In this document: positions 11,255 to 20,817 of the stretch, piece after piece | How positions within the stretch are numbered: the first letter of the stretch is position 1 | Layout of the letters: every line of letters begins with the position of its first letter | Program-made: the position numbers and the translations under genes | Notes under the pieces: model-generated | What the model was told of the DNA's origin: nothing | Seen by the model: the letters and a program-made list of their open reading frames with translations, nothing else | Database searches by the model: none | Source: an uncultured Chloroflexia bacterium | GTDB taxonomy: Bacteria; Chloroflexota; Limnocylindria; Limnocylindrales; CSP1-4 | Reading direction: 5' to 3' | DNA length: 64,000 bases | NCBI GenBank assembly: GCA_963734535.1 | Contig: CAVTHS010000008.1 | Coordinates: forward strand, 32,001 to 96,000

Positions 11255-12318
11255 ATGGACGACGCCTCACACACTCGGTTGCTCCCCTCCCCGGCCCAGG
11301 CACAGGTCGCGCGCGATGCGCTGCGACGGGCCCTGGCCGGCCTCCGCCCGCGCGTGACGATGGAGCGCGACGGACTCGTGCTCATCGCGCTCGAAACGGT
11401 GGCACACGCTCCGGGCGCGCCGGCCGCGGCGCCGCCGTACCTCCTCTTCGAGCAGGCCGTCGCGGCCGGCGCGGTGGAGGTCAGCGAGATCGGTGCCGGG
11501 ACGCGTCCCTTCGGTTGCAGCGACGACCAAGGACAAGCCGGTGGTCATCTTCGCCGGCGACACGATCACCGGCGGCAAGCAGAACCGGTTCATCAACATC
11601 AGCGTCTGGCTATCCGCGGCCGAGGTCACCCAGCTGCCGGTCACGTGCCTTGAGCACGGGCGCTGGGACCCGGGCCACGCCGCGCGCTTCGGGGCCGGCC
11701 GCAAGGCCGACTACGCCCTGCGCTCGATGGTCAACTTCCAGGTGAGCGAGCAGCGCCGCCGCGTCCACGAGCTCGCCGCTGCTGGCGCGCCCGCGGCGCA
11801 CAGCCTTCGCCGCGGACCAGGGCGAGGTCTGGGCGGAGATCGGCCGCCGCGAGGTCAGGGCAGGTCGCCGCTCCGGGACGTCCGCGCTTCATGAGCTCTG
11901 GGCAGCCGAGGAGCACGATGCCCGTCCCCTCGCCGCGGCGTTCCCGTGTCCGGATCGGGGCGACCGGGCTCGCCGTCGGCGTCGGCGGCCGGCTCGTCGC
12001 GCTCGAGCTCTTCGACCACCCGGCAGACGCTGGCGGCAAGCTGGACGCGACTCGTCGAGTCCGCCGTGTCGGCGCATCTCGACCACAAACGTGCAGTCGC
12101 AGCCGGGATGGCCCGCCGCGACACTCCACCACTACCCGGACGCGGGCGCGCTCGGGCGGATGGTCGGCCGGGCGGTCGCGGCGCTCGACGGGGCGCCCGT
12201 CGGCCCGTCGGTCGGCGAGGGCCTCGACGTCCGCCTGTCCGGCGCGAAGATCGCCGGCAGCGCGCTCGTCCGCGATGGGCACGTGGTCCATGCCGAGCTC
12301 TTCCGCGTCACCCCGTGA
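11255..12318 (+). CDS. ARPP-1/DUF6569 family protein, multiply frameshifted (assembly error or pseudogene)
   Basis: Motifs across frames: AVEVSEIG, VPSV, PVVIFAGDTITGGKQNRFIN, LPVTCLEHGRW, ADQGEVWAEI, SGTSALHE, LVALELFDHP, PSVGEGLDVRL, GSALVRDGHVVH. Confidence 0.75.
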
Positions 12319-12683
12319 CCGGCCGTGTTCGCCCACACGCCCGCCGGCTCACTACCGTCGTCCTGCGCGATCTCCGCGACGATCAGGGCACCCGGAGTCT
12401 CACGGCCAGCCGTGACCCGAAAGGCGGGATCCGCATCGACGGCCAGGACCTGGGCCGAGGCGTCGAGCACGCTTTCGGTGCCGGTTTCAGCGAGTACGAG
12501 TGGGGCTGGGTCATCGCCCCGGAGGCCCTGCCTGCCATGATCGGCACGCTCGGTGGCCATGACGGCGAGGACCCGCTCAACCTTCTGGCGACGTGGTCGG
12601 CTGCCCATGGCGGCGCGGACCCCGGGTCGCACCTTCGGGACGCCGGTATCCCGGTCGCCTTCTGGAACCGAATCGGAGACTGA
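12315..12683 (+). CDS. Hypothetical protein coupled to the ARPP-1 gene
   Basis: GTGA overlap at 12315-12318; IDGQDLGRGVEHAFG..EYEW...GIPVAFWNRIGD. Confidence 0.7.
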   Translation: MTGRVRPHARRLTTVVLRDLRDDQGTRSLTASRDPKGGIRIDGQDLGRGVEHAFGAGFSEYEWGWVIAPEALPAMIGTLGGHDGEDPLNLLATWSAAHGGADPGSHLRDAGIPVAFWNRIGD

Positions 12684-12841
12684 CGCCGCCGCCGGCTTGG
12701 TTGCCGCCCCTGTCATCTGTGCCCAGCGGGCCGCTGGATCGAACCGCATGATGCTCACGGTTGGCTCGCGCCGCTCACCCATCTGGGCGACGCACGGACC
12801 CCTCAGCGACGCCCAGTCCCCCGCAGGCAGGAGACCGTCCG

Positions 12842-14179
12842 TTGTCCAACGAGCAGCCCGAAGGTCGGAGCCTTCGAATCGTGAGCTGGAACTGCAACAT
12901 GGCTCTGGCCCGGAAGGCGGGACACCTCCTTGCGCTCCAGCCCGACATTGCCGTCGTCCTCGAATGCTCCAATTCGGCCAGCCTCGACGGGATGGTCCGG
13001 ATCGAGTGGACCGGGCGGTACCCGCGGAAGGGGATGGCGGTCTTCGCTCGGCCGGAGCTTACAGGGGCCGTCGCCGACGCACCCGAGGAGGCGCGACGCT
13101 GGTGCCTGCCCATCTGGTTCGAGGGGCTCGACCTCGACCTGGTCGCGATTTGGGGGTTCAGGGCCAACGGGACTGCGGGCGTCCCGCGGGCGGTCGCCCA
13201 TCGCGCCCTCGAGAGCCTTGCACCGATCCTCGGGCGCCGGCGTGCCATCGTCATCGGCGACTTCAATGACGGACCGATCTTCGACGCTGGCCACCATGCG
13301 TCGTTCGCCCGGACCACCGAGCTATTGGGAACGGCAGGGTACGCGAGCCTCTACCACGCCTGGACGCTCGAGCCGTATGGGGCGGAGACCGGGGCGAGCC
13401 TGTTCCACCGGTGGCATCGCGACAAGCCGTTCCTCATCGACCACGCCTTCGTTCCGACGTGGTGGCTCCCATTCGTCAGCGGGTTCTCCATCGGCAGCCC
13501 GGATCCGTGGCTCGAGCGCAGCGACCACATGCCGCTCGTCGTGGAGCTGACACTCCCGTCCGGTTCCGCCACATCCTTGGACTCAGAGCCCGCGGGACGG
13601 CCGAGGTACAGCCAGCGGTTCGTCGAGGCGCTCGCGGTCGCGGCGCGCCTGCACGCGGTGCAGGTCCGAAAGTCGACCGATATCCCGTACGTGGCACACC
13701 TGCTCGGGACGTGCGCGATCGCGCTCGAGCACGGGGCGACCGAGGACGAGGCAATCGCGGCACTCCTGCACGATGCGATCGAGGACGTGGTTCCGACCAC
13801 GTCGGCGCGGGCCGCCGTGCGGACGTTCGGTGATGAGGTGACGCGGATCGTCGAAGCCTGCACCGACGCGGACACCCACCCGAAGCCGCCCTGGCGGGTG
13901 CGCAAGGAGGCCTACGTCGCCCACCTCGCGACGATGGACCGGTCGGTGCTGCTGGTGTCTGCCTCAGACAAGCTCCACAACGCCCGGGCGATCGTCGGCG
14001 ACCTCCGTCTCTCTGGGCCCGCCGTCTGGGAGCGCTTCAACGGCGGCCACGACGGCTCGCTCTGGTACTACCGGGCTCTCGTGAACGCGTTCCGGGGGAA
14101 CCCGGCGCACCCCGTCGACCTGGTCGATGAGCTGGACCGGGCTGTCACCGAGATGGAGTCGCTGGACCGAGACGCCTGA
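12842..14179 (+). CDS. Fusion of EEP (endonuclease/exonuclease/phosphatase) domain and Mesh1/SpoT-like HD hydrolase domain
   Basis: N-half: SWNCN, DIAVVLEC, IVIGDFND, IDHAFV, SDHMPL. C-half: HAVQVRK..IPYVAHLL, AALLHDAIED, FGDEV, SDKLHN. One reading frame; TTG start at 12842 with GGAG upstream. Confidence 0.85.
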   Translation: MSNEQPEGRSLRIVSWNCNMALARKAGHLLALQPDIAVVLECSNSASLDGMVRIEWTGRYPRKGMAVFARPELTGAVADAPEEARRWCLPIWFEGLDLDLVAIWGFRANGTAGVPRAVAHRALESLAPILGRRRAIVIGDFNDGPIFDAGHHASFARTTELLGTAGYASLYHAWTLEPYGAETGASLFHRWHRDKPFLIDHAFVPTWWLPFVSGFSIGSPDPWLERSDHMPLVVELTLPSGSATSLDSEPAGRPRYSQRFVEALAVAARLHAVQVRKSTDIPYVAHLLGTCAIALEHGATEDEAIAALLHDAIEDVVPTTSARAAVRTFGDEVTRIVEACTDADTHPKPPWRVRKEAYVAHLATMDRSVLLVSASDKLHNARAIVGDLRLSGPAVWERFNGGHDGSLWYYRALVNAFRGNPAHPVDLVDELDRAVTEMESLDRDA

Positions 14180-14320
14180 TCCGGGCTGGCAGAGCCAATC
14201 GATACAAGCGCCGTGTCTCCCGCCCCCGTCTTCCCCACGTCCTGCGCCGACCAGGTCACGAAATCGCGTCGCTCGGCGGGCGTACGCTTCCCTGGACAAC
14301 GCATCAGAAGGAACCCACAA

Positions 14321-14390
14321 ATGCCCGGCGCCATCTTCGTGCTCAAGAGCGACGACGAGCTGATCGAAATGCGGCAGCAGGGGTACCCCG
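14321..14390 (+). pseudogene. Short N-terminal gene stub (MPGAIFVLKSDDELIEMRQQGY)
   Basis: AAGGA-preceded ATG; resembles the N-terminus of NucS/DUF91-like nucleases, then loses coding character just before the helicase gene. Confidence 0.4.
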
Positions 14391-14441
14391 AGATGACCCG
14401 TGCTCGCTCGTCCCCTGAGGCCAGAGGCATGATCGCCCAGC

Positions 14442-17400
14442 ATGCCTGACGACCTCAATCCTGGAATCTACGAGGCCCTCGTCACTGAGGCCCTTCGAGT
14501 CCGGATTGAACGCGCCCGTGCGCAGGGCTGGCTCATCGAATGGCGGGCAATCGACGACCAGGCTTTGGTAGAGATCCTCGCCCGCCACATCCATGATCGC
14601 GTGCAGGAGCGGCTCAACGGTATTCCTACCGCTGATGATCGCCCGCGAGCGCAAGTCGACCTCGCCAATCGAGTACTGGAGGTCCTCGCACCCTACTCAA
14701 CAGACCGTGAAGTCGCGGCCATGGTCGATCCAGAAGCACAGCTGCTCCTCGACGTCGAGACGCCCGCCGTCCCGGGTCGGACTCGATGGTCGAGGCCTCG
14801 ACCCGGGATTCCATTGCGGACGAGTGACCTGCTCGTCAATGGCCACAAGGACCTTCAGATCGGCACCCAGGTCGCCCTTGAGATCCAGAGCGCCGACCGG
14901 GTTGACCTTCTGTGTGCGTTCGTGCGCTGGGCCGGCCTCCGTCTCATCCGGAAGGAGTTGGGGGACTTCCTGCTCCGGGGCGGCGAGATGCGCCTGATTG
15001 CCAGTGTCTATACAGGTTCGACGGAGAAGCGAGCTCTGGACGACTTGGTCGGTCTCGGTGCGAAGGTCAAGGTCTCGTACGAGACATCGCAGACTCGGCT
15101 GCACGCGAAAGCATGGCTTTTTGAGCGGAATACGAGTTACCACACGGCCTACGTCGGGTCATCGAACCTGACCCACTCGGCGCTCCTCGATGGCCTTGAA
15201 TGGAATGTGCGCGTCACCGCGGTAGACAACGCGGGAATCATCGATCGGATCCGAGCGACCTTTGAGCAGTACTGGAACGAGCCCGAGTTCCAGACGTATG
15301 ACCCGCGTGTGGACGGCGAGCGCCTTCAAGCCGCGCTGGATGCTGAGAACCGCCCAGGCGCGATTCCGGCTCCCTATCGACTCAGCGTCCAGGTGGAACC
15401 GAAGCCGTTCCAAATGGAGATGCTCGCGGCCCTCGATTCTGAGCGTCAGCGTGGGCACTTCCGGAACCTTGTCGTTGCCCCAACAGGGACCGGCAAGACG
15501 TGGGTGTCTGCCTTCGACTACCAACGGCTACGAAGGGGCGGGTTCGAGCGCTTGTTGTTCGTGGCCCATCGGAACGAAATCCTCGAGCAGAGTCAGGAGG
15601 TGTTCCGACTCGTCCTCGATGATCCGATGTTTGGCGAGCGGTTCATCGGCGGAGAGCGGCCGCTGCGCTGGGACCACGTCTTCGCGTCGATCCAATCTCT
15701 CCACCGCGGCATCGACCAACTGGATCCCAAGCAGTTCGACGTCGTCATCGTGGACGAATTCCACCACGCAGAAGCGGACACATATCGGCGGCTCCTCGAA
15801 CACCTCCAGCCGAAGGTGCTCGTCGGTCTGACGGCCACACCCGAGCGTGCGGACGGCAAGGCAATCCTTCATTGGTTCGATGAGCGCGTGGCGACCGAGA
15901 TGCGCTTGTGGGAGGCGCTCGACCAGGGGTTGTTGTGCCCGTTCCACTACCTCGGCGTCGGGGATGGGACTGACCTCCGTCGAGTCGCCTTCGAGCGCGG
16001 TCGATATGTCACCTCCGAGTTGGAAGGCATCCTCACCGGCGACCACGTCCGCGCCCGACGGATCCTGGATTCGGTCGATGAGTGGGTTCTCGATCCTTCA
16101 AGGATGCGTGCCCTCGGCTTCTGCGTTGGGGTGCATCACGCTAAGTTCATGGCCCAGCAATTCAACGAGGCTGGGCTACCGTCTGTCGCCCTAGACGGCG
16201 ACACGGACGCGGAAACACGCCTCGGTGCCATCCGGCGCCTGCGCCGTGGGGAGCTCCGGGCAATCTTCACGGTCGACATCTTCAACGAAGGCATCGACAT
16301 CCCCGAGGTCGACACGATCCTTCTCCTGCGTCCGACCGAAAGCGCGACGGTCTTTCTGCAGCAGCTTGGACGGGGCCTCCGATGGGCAGAGGGCAAGAGT
16401 GTCCTCACTGTGCTCGACTTCATCGGCCAGGCGCACGCGGAATACCGTTTCGACATCCGGTTCCGGGCGATGGTCGGCGGAACGCGCCGACAGGTGGAGA
16501 AGGCGCTGGAGGGCGGGTTCCCGCTCATGCCGCCAGGGTGCGCGATCCGACTCGACGAGATTGCTCAGGAAATCGTGCTTGAGAGTCTGCGGTCAAGCAT
16601 TCGCAACACTCGGCGCGCCCTCGTCGACGACCTGCGGGGGCTGCCGGCGTCGACGAGCTTGGCGGACTTCCTTGAGGCCAGCTCGTTCGATCTTCCAGAT
16701 GTGTACGCCAGCCCAGGGAACGGCACAACCTTCACCTCCGCGCGCCGGGCTGCCGGGCACCTGCGCGGCGCGCCGGATCCTCTTGAGTCCGAATACGCGA
16801 AGTCGCTTGGAAAGATGCTCCACGTGGACGACGATGAGCGCTACGAAAGCTGGCGGGCGTGGTTGACGGGGAGCGCGCCTCCGGAGCACGCGAGGCCTGG
16901 GTCTCGCGCCGAGCGCCTGCAGTGGATGTTGTTCGCGGCGCTTGGGCAACGGAAGCGGTCGCTTGCCGAAACGGACCACGTATTCGCGGAGCTATGGCAG
17001 GCACCTGCGCTTCGCAACGAGCTTATCGAGTTGCTCGACGTTCTACGCGAGCGTGCGCAGTCAGACGACCGACACCCCATTCCCATCCAGTCGGCCGGCA
17101 GTGTCCCAATCCATGTCCATGCAACGTACGGTCTATATGAGCTGATAGCGGCTCACGGGCTTACGAGCAACGGGGTGCTGCGGGAGACGCGCGAAGGCGT
17201 CATCTGGTCCGAGGAGGATCAATCGGACTTGTTCTTCATCACACTCAACAAGGCCGAGGGCGACTACTCCCCGTCAACCCGCTATCAGGACTATCCGATC
17301 TCACCCACCTTGTTCCACTGGGAGTCCCAGGGACGAACAGCGACTGCATCGCCGACGGGTCAGCGTTACGTCAACCATGTCGCCCGCGCTTCTCGAGTAG

Positions 17401-17576
17401 TCCTGTTCGTTCGCGAGAACCGTCGTGACGAGCGCGATGTGAGCGCCCCCTACTTGTGTCTTGGCCCCGCTCGCCACGTGAGCCACCAATCCGACCGCCC
17501 GATGCAGATCGTCTGGGAACTCGAACGGCCAATGCCCGCCGAGATCTACAGTCACGCAAAGGTCGCCGCGGGATGA
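14442..17576 (+). CDS. PLD nuclease - SF2 helicase - DUF3427 protein (SauUSI-like putative type IV restriction enzyme)
   Basis: LHAKAW...GSSNL (HxK..GSxN), APTGTGKT, DEFHH, GLTATPER, QQLGRGLR, C-terminal YQDYPISPTLFHWESQ. Confidence 0.9.
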   Translation: MPDDLNPGIYEALVTEALRVRIERARAQGWLIEWRAIDDQALVEILARHIHDRVQERLNGIPTADDRPRAQVDLANRVLEVLAPYSTDREVAAMVDPEAQLLLDVETPAVPGRTRWSRPRPGIPLRTSDLLVNGHKDLQIGTQVALEIQSADRVDLLCAFVRWAGLRLIRKELGDFLLRGGEMRLIASVYTGSTEKRALDDLVGLGAKVKVSYETSQTRLHAKAWLFERNTSYHTAYVGSSNLTHSALLDGLEWNVRVTAVDNAGIIDRIRATFEQYWNEPEFQTYDPRVDGERLQAALDAENRPGAIPAPYRLSVQVEPKPFQMEMLAALDSERQRGHFRNLVVAPTGTGKTWVSAFDYQRLRRGGFERLLFVAHRNEILEQSQEVFRLVLDDPMFGERFIGGERPLRWDHVFASIQSLHRGIDQLDPKQFDVVIVDEFHHAEADTYRRLLEHLQPKVLVGLTATPERADGKAILHWFDERVATEMRLWEALDQGLLCPFHYLGVGDGTDLRRVAFERGRYVTSELEGILTGDHVRARRILDSVDEWVLDPSRMRALGFCVGVHHAKFMAQQFNEAGLPSVALDGDTDAETRLGAIRRLRRGELRAIFTVDIFNEGIDIPEVDTILLLRPTESATVFLQQLGRGLRWAEGKSVLTVLDFIGQAHAEYRFDIRFRAMVGGTRRQVEKALEGGFPLMPPGCAIRLDEIAQEIVLESLRSSIRNTRRALVDDLRGLPASTSLADFLEASSFDLPDVYASPGNGTTFTSARRAAGHLRGAPDPLESEYAKSLGKMLHVDDDERYESWRAWLTGSAPPEHARPGSRAERLQWMLFAALGQRKRSLAETDHVFAELWQAPALRNELIELLDVLRERAQSDDRHPIPIQSAGSVPIHVHATYGLYELIAAHGLTSNGVLRETREGVIWSEEDQSDLFFITLNKAEGDYSPSTRYQDYPISPTLFHWESQGRTATASPTGQRYVNHVARASRVVLFVRENRRDERDVSAPYLCLGPARHVSHQSDRPMQIVWELERPMPAEIYSHAKVAAG

Positions 17577-17830
17577 CCAAACACGAGAATCGGCGCGTCC
17601 TGATTGACACTGAAGAGTGCGGTGTCGGCGTGGACACCGACTCGCGCCCCGGCTGACGGCGGACCCATGTCCGATCGGCCGACCGTAAACCAAGTGCATC
17701 GGTTCAGCCATCTGGTGACCTCACGCTGACCGTCGTCTGGGCGCACCCTGGCGACTACATTTGCTGATGTCATCGGGGATCGGGGCGTCGGTCCGGCCGC
17801 GTCGCATCCATTGATCCGCCAGGAGGTCCG

Positions 17831-19537
17831 ATGGAGTCGCACGGACGGGCCGCCGAGCGCCTCGTCGACGAGCGAATACGTGCGGCGTTGCCGGCCGACG
17901 CCTTCGGCCTCTACCCGAACGCCGAGTGGCTGGGCTCCATGCGCGAAGGCGGTCCCCCGCGGGACGGCGAGGCGGACCTCGTCATCGTCCACGCCGAGCA
18001 CGGGATCCTCGTCCTTGAGACCAAGTCCGGGACGCCATCGCGCGACCACGCCGGCCACTGGTGGATCGGCAACCTCGCGCTCGACCGCGACCCGTTCACG
18101 CAGGCAAAGGACAGCAAGCACCAGCTCGTCCGCAAGCTCGCCGAGCTGGCGGACTGGCCGCCGCGGACCGAGCCGCGCGCCGGCCACGCGATCGCCCTGC
18201 CGGACGTCGACCTCGCGAGCCTGCCGCGCGGCCACGTCCTCCTGGGCGCGGACGCCCCGCGCGAGCTCGTCCTCGATGCCGAGGCGCTCGAGACGCCGGC
18301 GTCGATCCGCCGCTGGGTGGAGGGCGCGTTCGCGTACTGGCTGGGCGACGGGTCGAAGGGCGTCGCCGCTCGGTGCTCTCGGCGTCCGTCTCGTCGACGA
18401 GCTCCTCGCCCCGACCTGGGCGCTCCATCGTCTCGTGCGCGGGCGCATCGAGGACGACCGGGCGGAGCTCCTCGCGACCAGCCGCGAGCAGGCGCTCATC
18501 GTCAGCCGGACGAAGACCCTGCGCCGGCTCGAGGTCGTGGGCCCGGCGGGAAGCGGGAAGTCGATGCTCGCCGCCGAGAAAGCCCGCCGGCTGGCGCGCG
18601 AGGGGTACCGGACGCTCCTGGTCTGCTTCAACCAGCGCCTCGCGACGAGCCTCATCCGCGAGCTCGAGGAGGCGCCGGCCCCGGCGGGCCTCGACGTGAC
18701 GACGTTCCACCGCCTGTGCGAGCGGCTCGGCACCGAGGCGGGCGTCCTCCCGGCGCGCCCCGACCCGATCCCGCAGGGCTGGTGGGACGAGACGCTCCCG
18801 GGCGCGCTGGAGGCGGCGATCGACGCGCTGCCCGACCGGCGCTACCACGCGGTCGTCGTCGACGAGGGCCAGGACTTCGAGGCCCGCTGGTTCGAGCTCC
18901 TGCAGCGCCTGCTCGTCGATCCCGGGCGACGTCTTCTGGGTCTTCCACGACCCGGGCCAGGCGCTCATCCGGGCCGACGTCGTGGCCGGGCTCGGCCTCG
19001 AGCGCCACGAGCTCTTCGAGAACCACCGCAACCCGGAGTCGATCGCCGCGCTCGCCGGCCGCTTCTATCGCGGCGGCGAGGAAGTCTCCGCGCTCCGGGA
19101 GACCGGCCGGCGGCACACGCTGATCAACGGCCGAGCCCGGCAACGAGACGCTCGAGGCGCTCCGCAAGACGCTCCACCGGCTCGTCGAGGACGAGCGGGT
19201 CCCACCCTGGAAGATCGCGGTGCTCTCGGGCGCCTCCGCGACGGCGAGCGGGGTCTGGCGCCATCGCCGCTTCGGGAACGCCGTCCTCTGCAACTCGGCG
19301 TTCCAGGACGACGGCCGCTCGAAGGGGCTCGCGCCCGAGGACGTCCCCGACGAGCCGGACGAGGTGCTCTTCGAGACGATCCGCCGCTTCAAGGGGATGG
19401 AGCGCGAGGTCGTCGTGCTCGTCGAGCTCCCGACCGAGGGCGACCGCCTCGATGAGCTCCTCTACGTCGGCCTGACCCGGGCGACCACGGAGCTCGTGGT
19501 CATCGCGCCGCCGGCGCTGGCGCGGCGGCTGGGGTGA
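17831..19537 (+). CDS. NERD nuclease - SF1/UvrD-like helicase (frameshifts near 18365, 18925, 19135)
   Basis: DGEADLVIVH..GILVLETKSG, DPFTQA; GPAGSGKS; VVVDEGQD; NHRN; TIRRFKGME; LYVGLTRA. Confidence 0.85.
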
Positions 19538-20615
19538 CGGCGGCGCCGTGATCTCGCCGCCTCCAGGCAGCCAGGCGGCCGCTTGCCCGGTCGTCGGCCA
19601 GTTCGATGGCGCCGTCACGCCGCAGGTTCGCCAGGACGCGCTTGATCGTCGGATCGCTGATTCCCGGGAGCGCCGAGCGGACATCGCGAAAACGGAACAC
19701 GGCCGGGGCGTGGTCGAGGATGTAGCGTCGGACCTGGTCCTGCTTCGACCCGCCCGTGAGGTTTCGCCGCGCCGCGACGCGTGCCTCGAAGTCCGCGTAT
19801 GCGGCGACGAGGACGTCGACGAGGTAGCCGATCCATGGCCAGACGTCGTGCTCGCCTTCGTGCCAGCGGCGCTGTGACGCGTAGATCGCGTCGTAGTACG
19901 CATCCTTGGTCTCGAACATGCGCTGCTCGATGCTCACGTAGCGCGACACCGAGTAGCCCGCTTGAAGCAGCGCGTGGGTCGTGATCAGGCGCGCAAGTCG
20001 TCCGTTCCCGTCGGCAACCGGATGGATCGCCAGGAAGTCGAGAACGAGCGCGCCGATGAGCAGGATCGGGTGGGCGGCCTGGTCGGCGACGGCCTGGCGA
20101 TACCGATCGAACAGGTCGGGGAGCAGGAACTCCGTCTCCTTGGCGGACGGCGGGGTGAAGAGCACCTCTCGATGGCCCCGCTCGAACGACACGATGAGGT
20201 TCTGAGCGCTCTTGATCCGCCCGCCGCCGCCTTCGGTGTGACCAAAAAGGAGGCGGTGGAGGTGCAGCACATAGGGCACGGACAACACCTCGAGGTCGGT
20301 TGCCCGCGAGATCTCGTCCATCGCGTCCCGATAGCCGGCAAGCTCGCGCTCGTTGCGGTTGCGGAAGCGGCGTGGTTCTGCCCCTCCTGCCACGAGCCCC
20401 GGGATCCGGCCCGCCTCGACAACGACGCCCTCGATCGCGCTGGAGGCCGTGATGGACTCGATGCGGGTCGCCACGGCCAACGCGTCGAGAAGCTGCGGGA
20501 GCTGGTCCCGGTAGAGGCCTTCGCGGCCGCGGCCGACGTCGATCCTCGCAAGACGCGCTCCGAGACGCACGGGCTGGGACCCGAACGTCGTGTCGATGTC
20601 GACGAAGCTGTGCAT
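19500..20615 (-). CDS. Fic family protein (class II-like, with C-terminal HTH)
   Basis: HPVADGNGRLAR Fic motif; N-terminal SSAIEG inhibitory helix motif; C-terminal LPGISDPTIKRVL. Confidence 0.9.
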   Translation of the reverse strand: MHSFVDIDTTFGSQPVRLGARLARIDVGRGREGLYRDQLPQLLDALAVATRIESITASSAIEGVVVEAGRIPGLVAGGAEPRRFRNRNERELAGYRDAMDEISRATDLEVLSVPYVLHLHRLLFGHTEGGGGRIKSAQNLIVSFERGHREVLFTPPSAKETEFLLPDLFDRYRQAVADQAAHPILLIGALVLDFLAIHPVADGNGRLARLITTHALLQAGYSVSRYVSIEQRMFETKDAYYDAIYASQRRWHEGEHDVWPWIGYLVDVLVAAYADFEARVAARRNLTGGSKQDQVRRYILDHAPAVFRFRDVRSALPGISDPTIKRVLANLRRDGAIELADDRASGRLAAWRRRDHGAAVTPAAAPAPAAR

Positions 20616-20627
20616 TGGATCATCTCG

Positions 20628-20667
20628 GATAATCGAACATTAGGTGGCCCGTCTGATCCCGATTATC
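20628..20667. promoter_or_regulatory. Inverted repeat GATAATCG-N24-CGATTATC between the divergent Fic and nuclease genes
   Basis: Seen directly; AT-rich relative to surroundings. Confidence 0.4.
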
Positions 20668-20817
20668 TGCAGATTCCCGGTCCCGGTCAAGAGCTTCCGG
20701 ACCCGAGGACGTCGAGTCGCCGCAGGGTGCCGCTCCTCGCCGGCGGTCGGACCAGGTTGGCGCATCGCGAGCTTCTGTGCCACGCGAGCTGGCACAGCGC
20801 GGGCCGAGGATGGGCCC

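Noticed and set aside
14386-17778. Terminal inverted repeats around the PLD-helicase gene (CCCCGAGATGAC / GTCATCGGGG)
   Set aside because: Short, needs a 2-nt gap, no target-site duplication or transposase; likely chance.
20634-20647. LexA box (CGAAC-N4-GGTGG) upstream of the Fic and nuclease genes
   Set aside because: The right half-site deviates too far from GTTCG.
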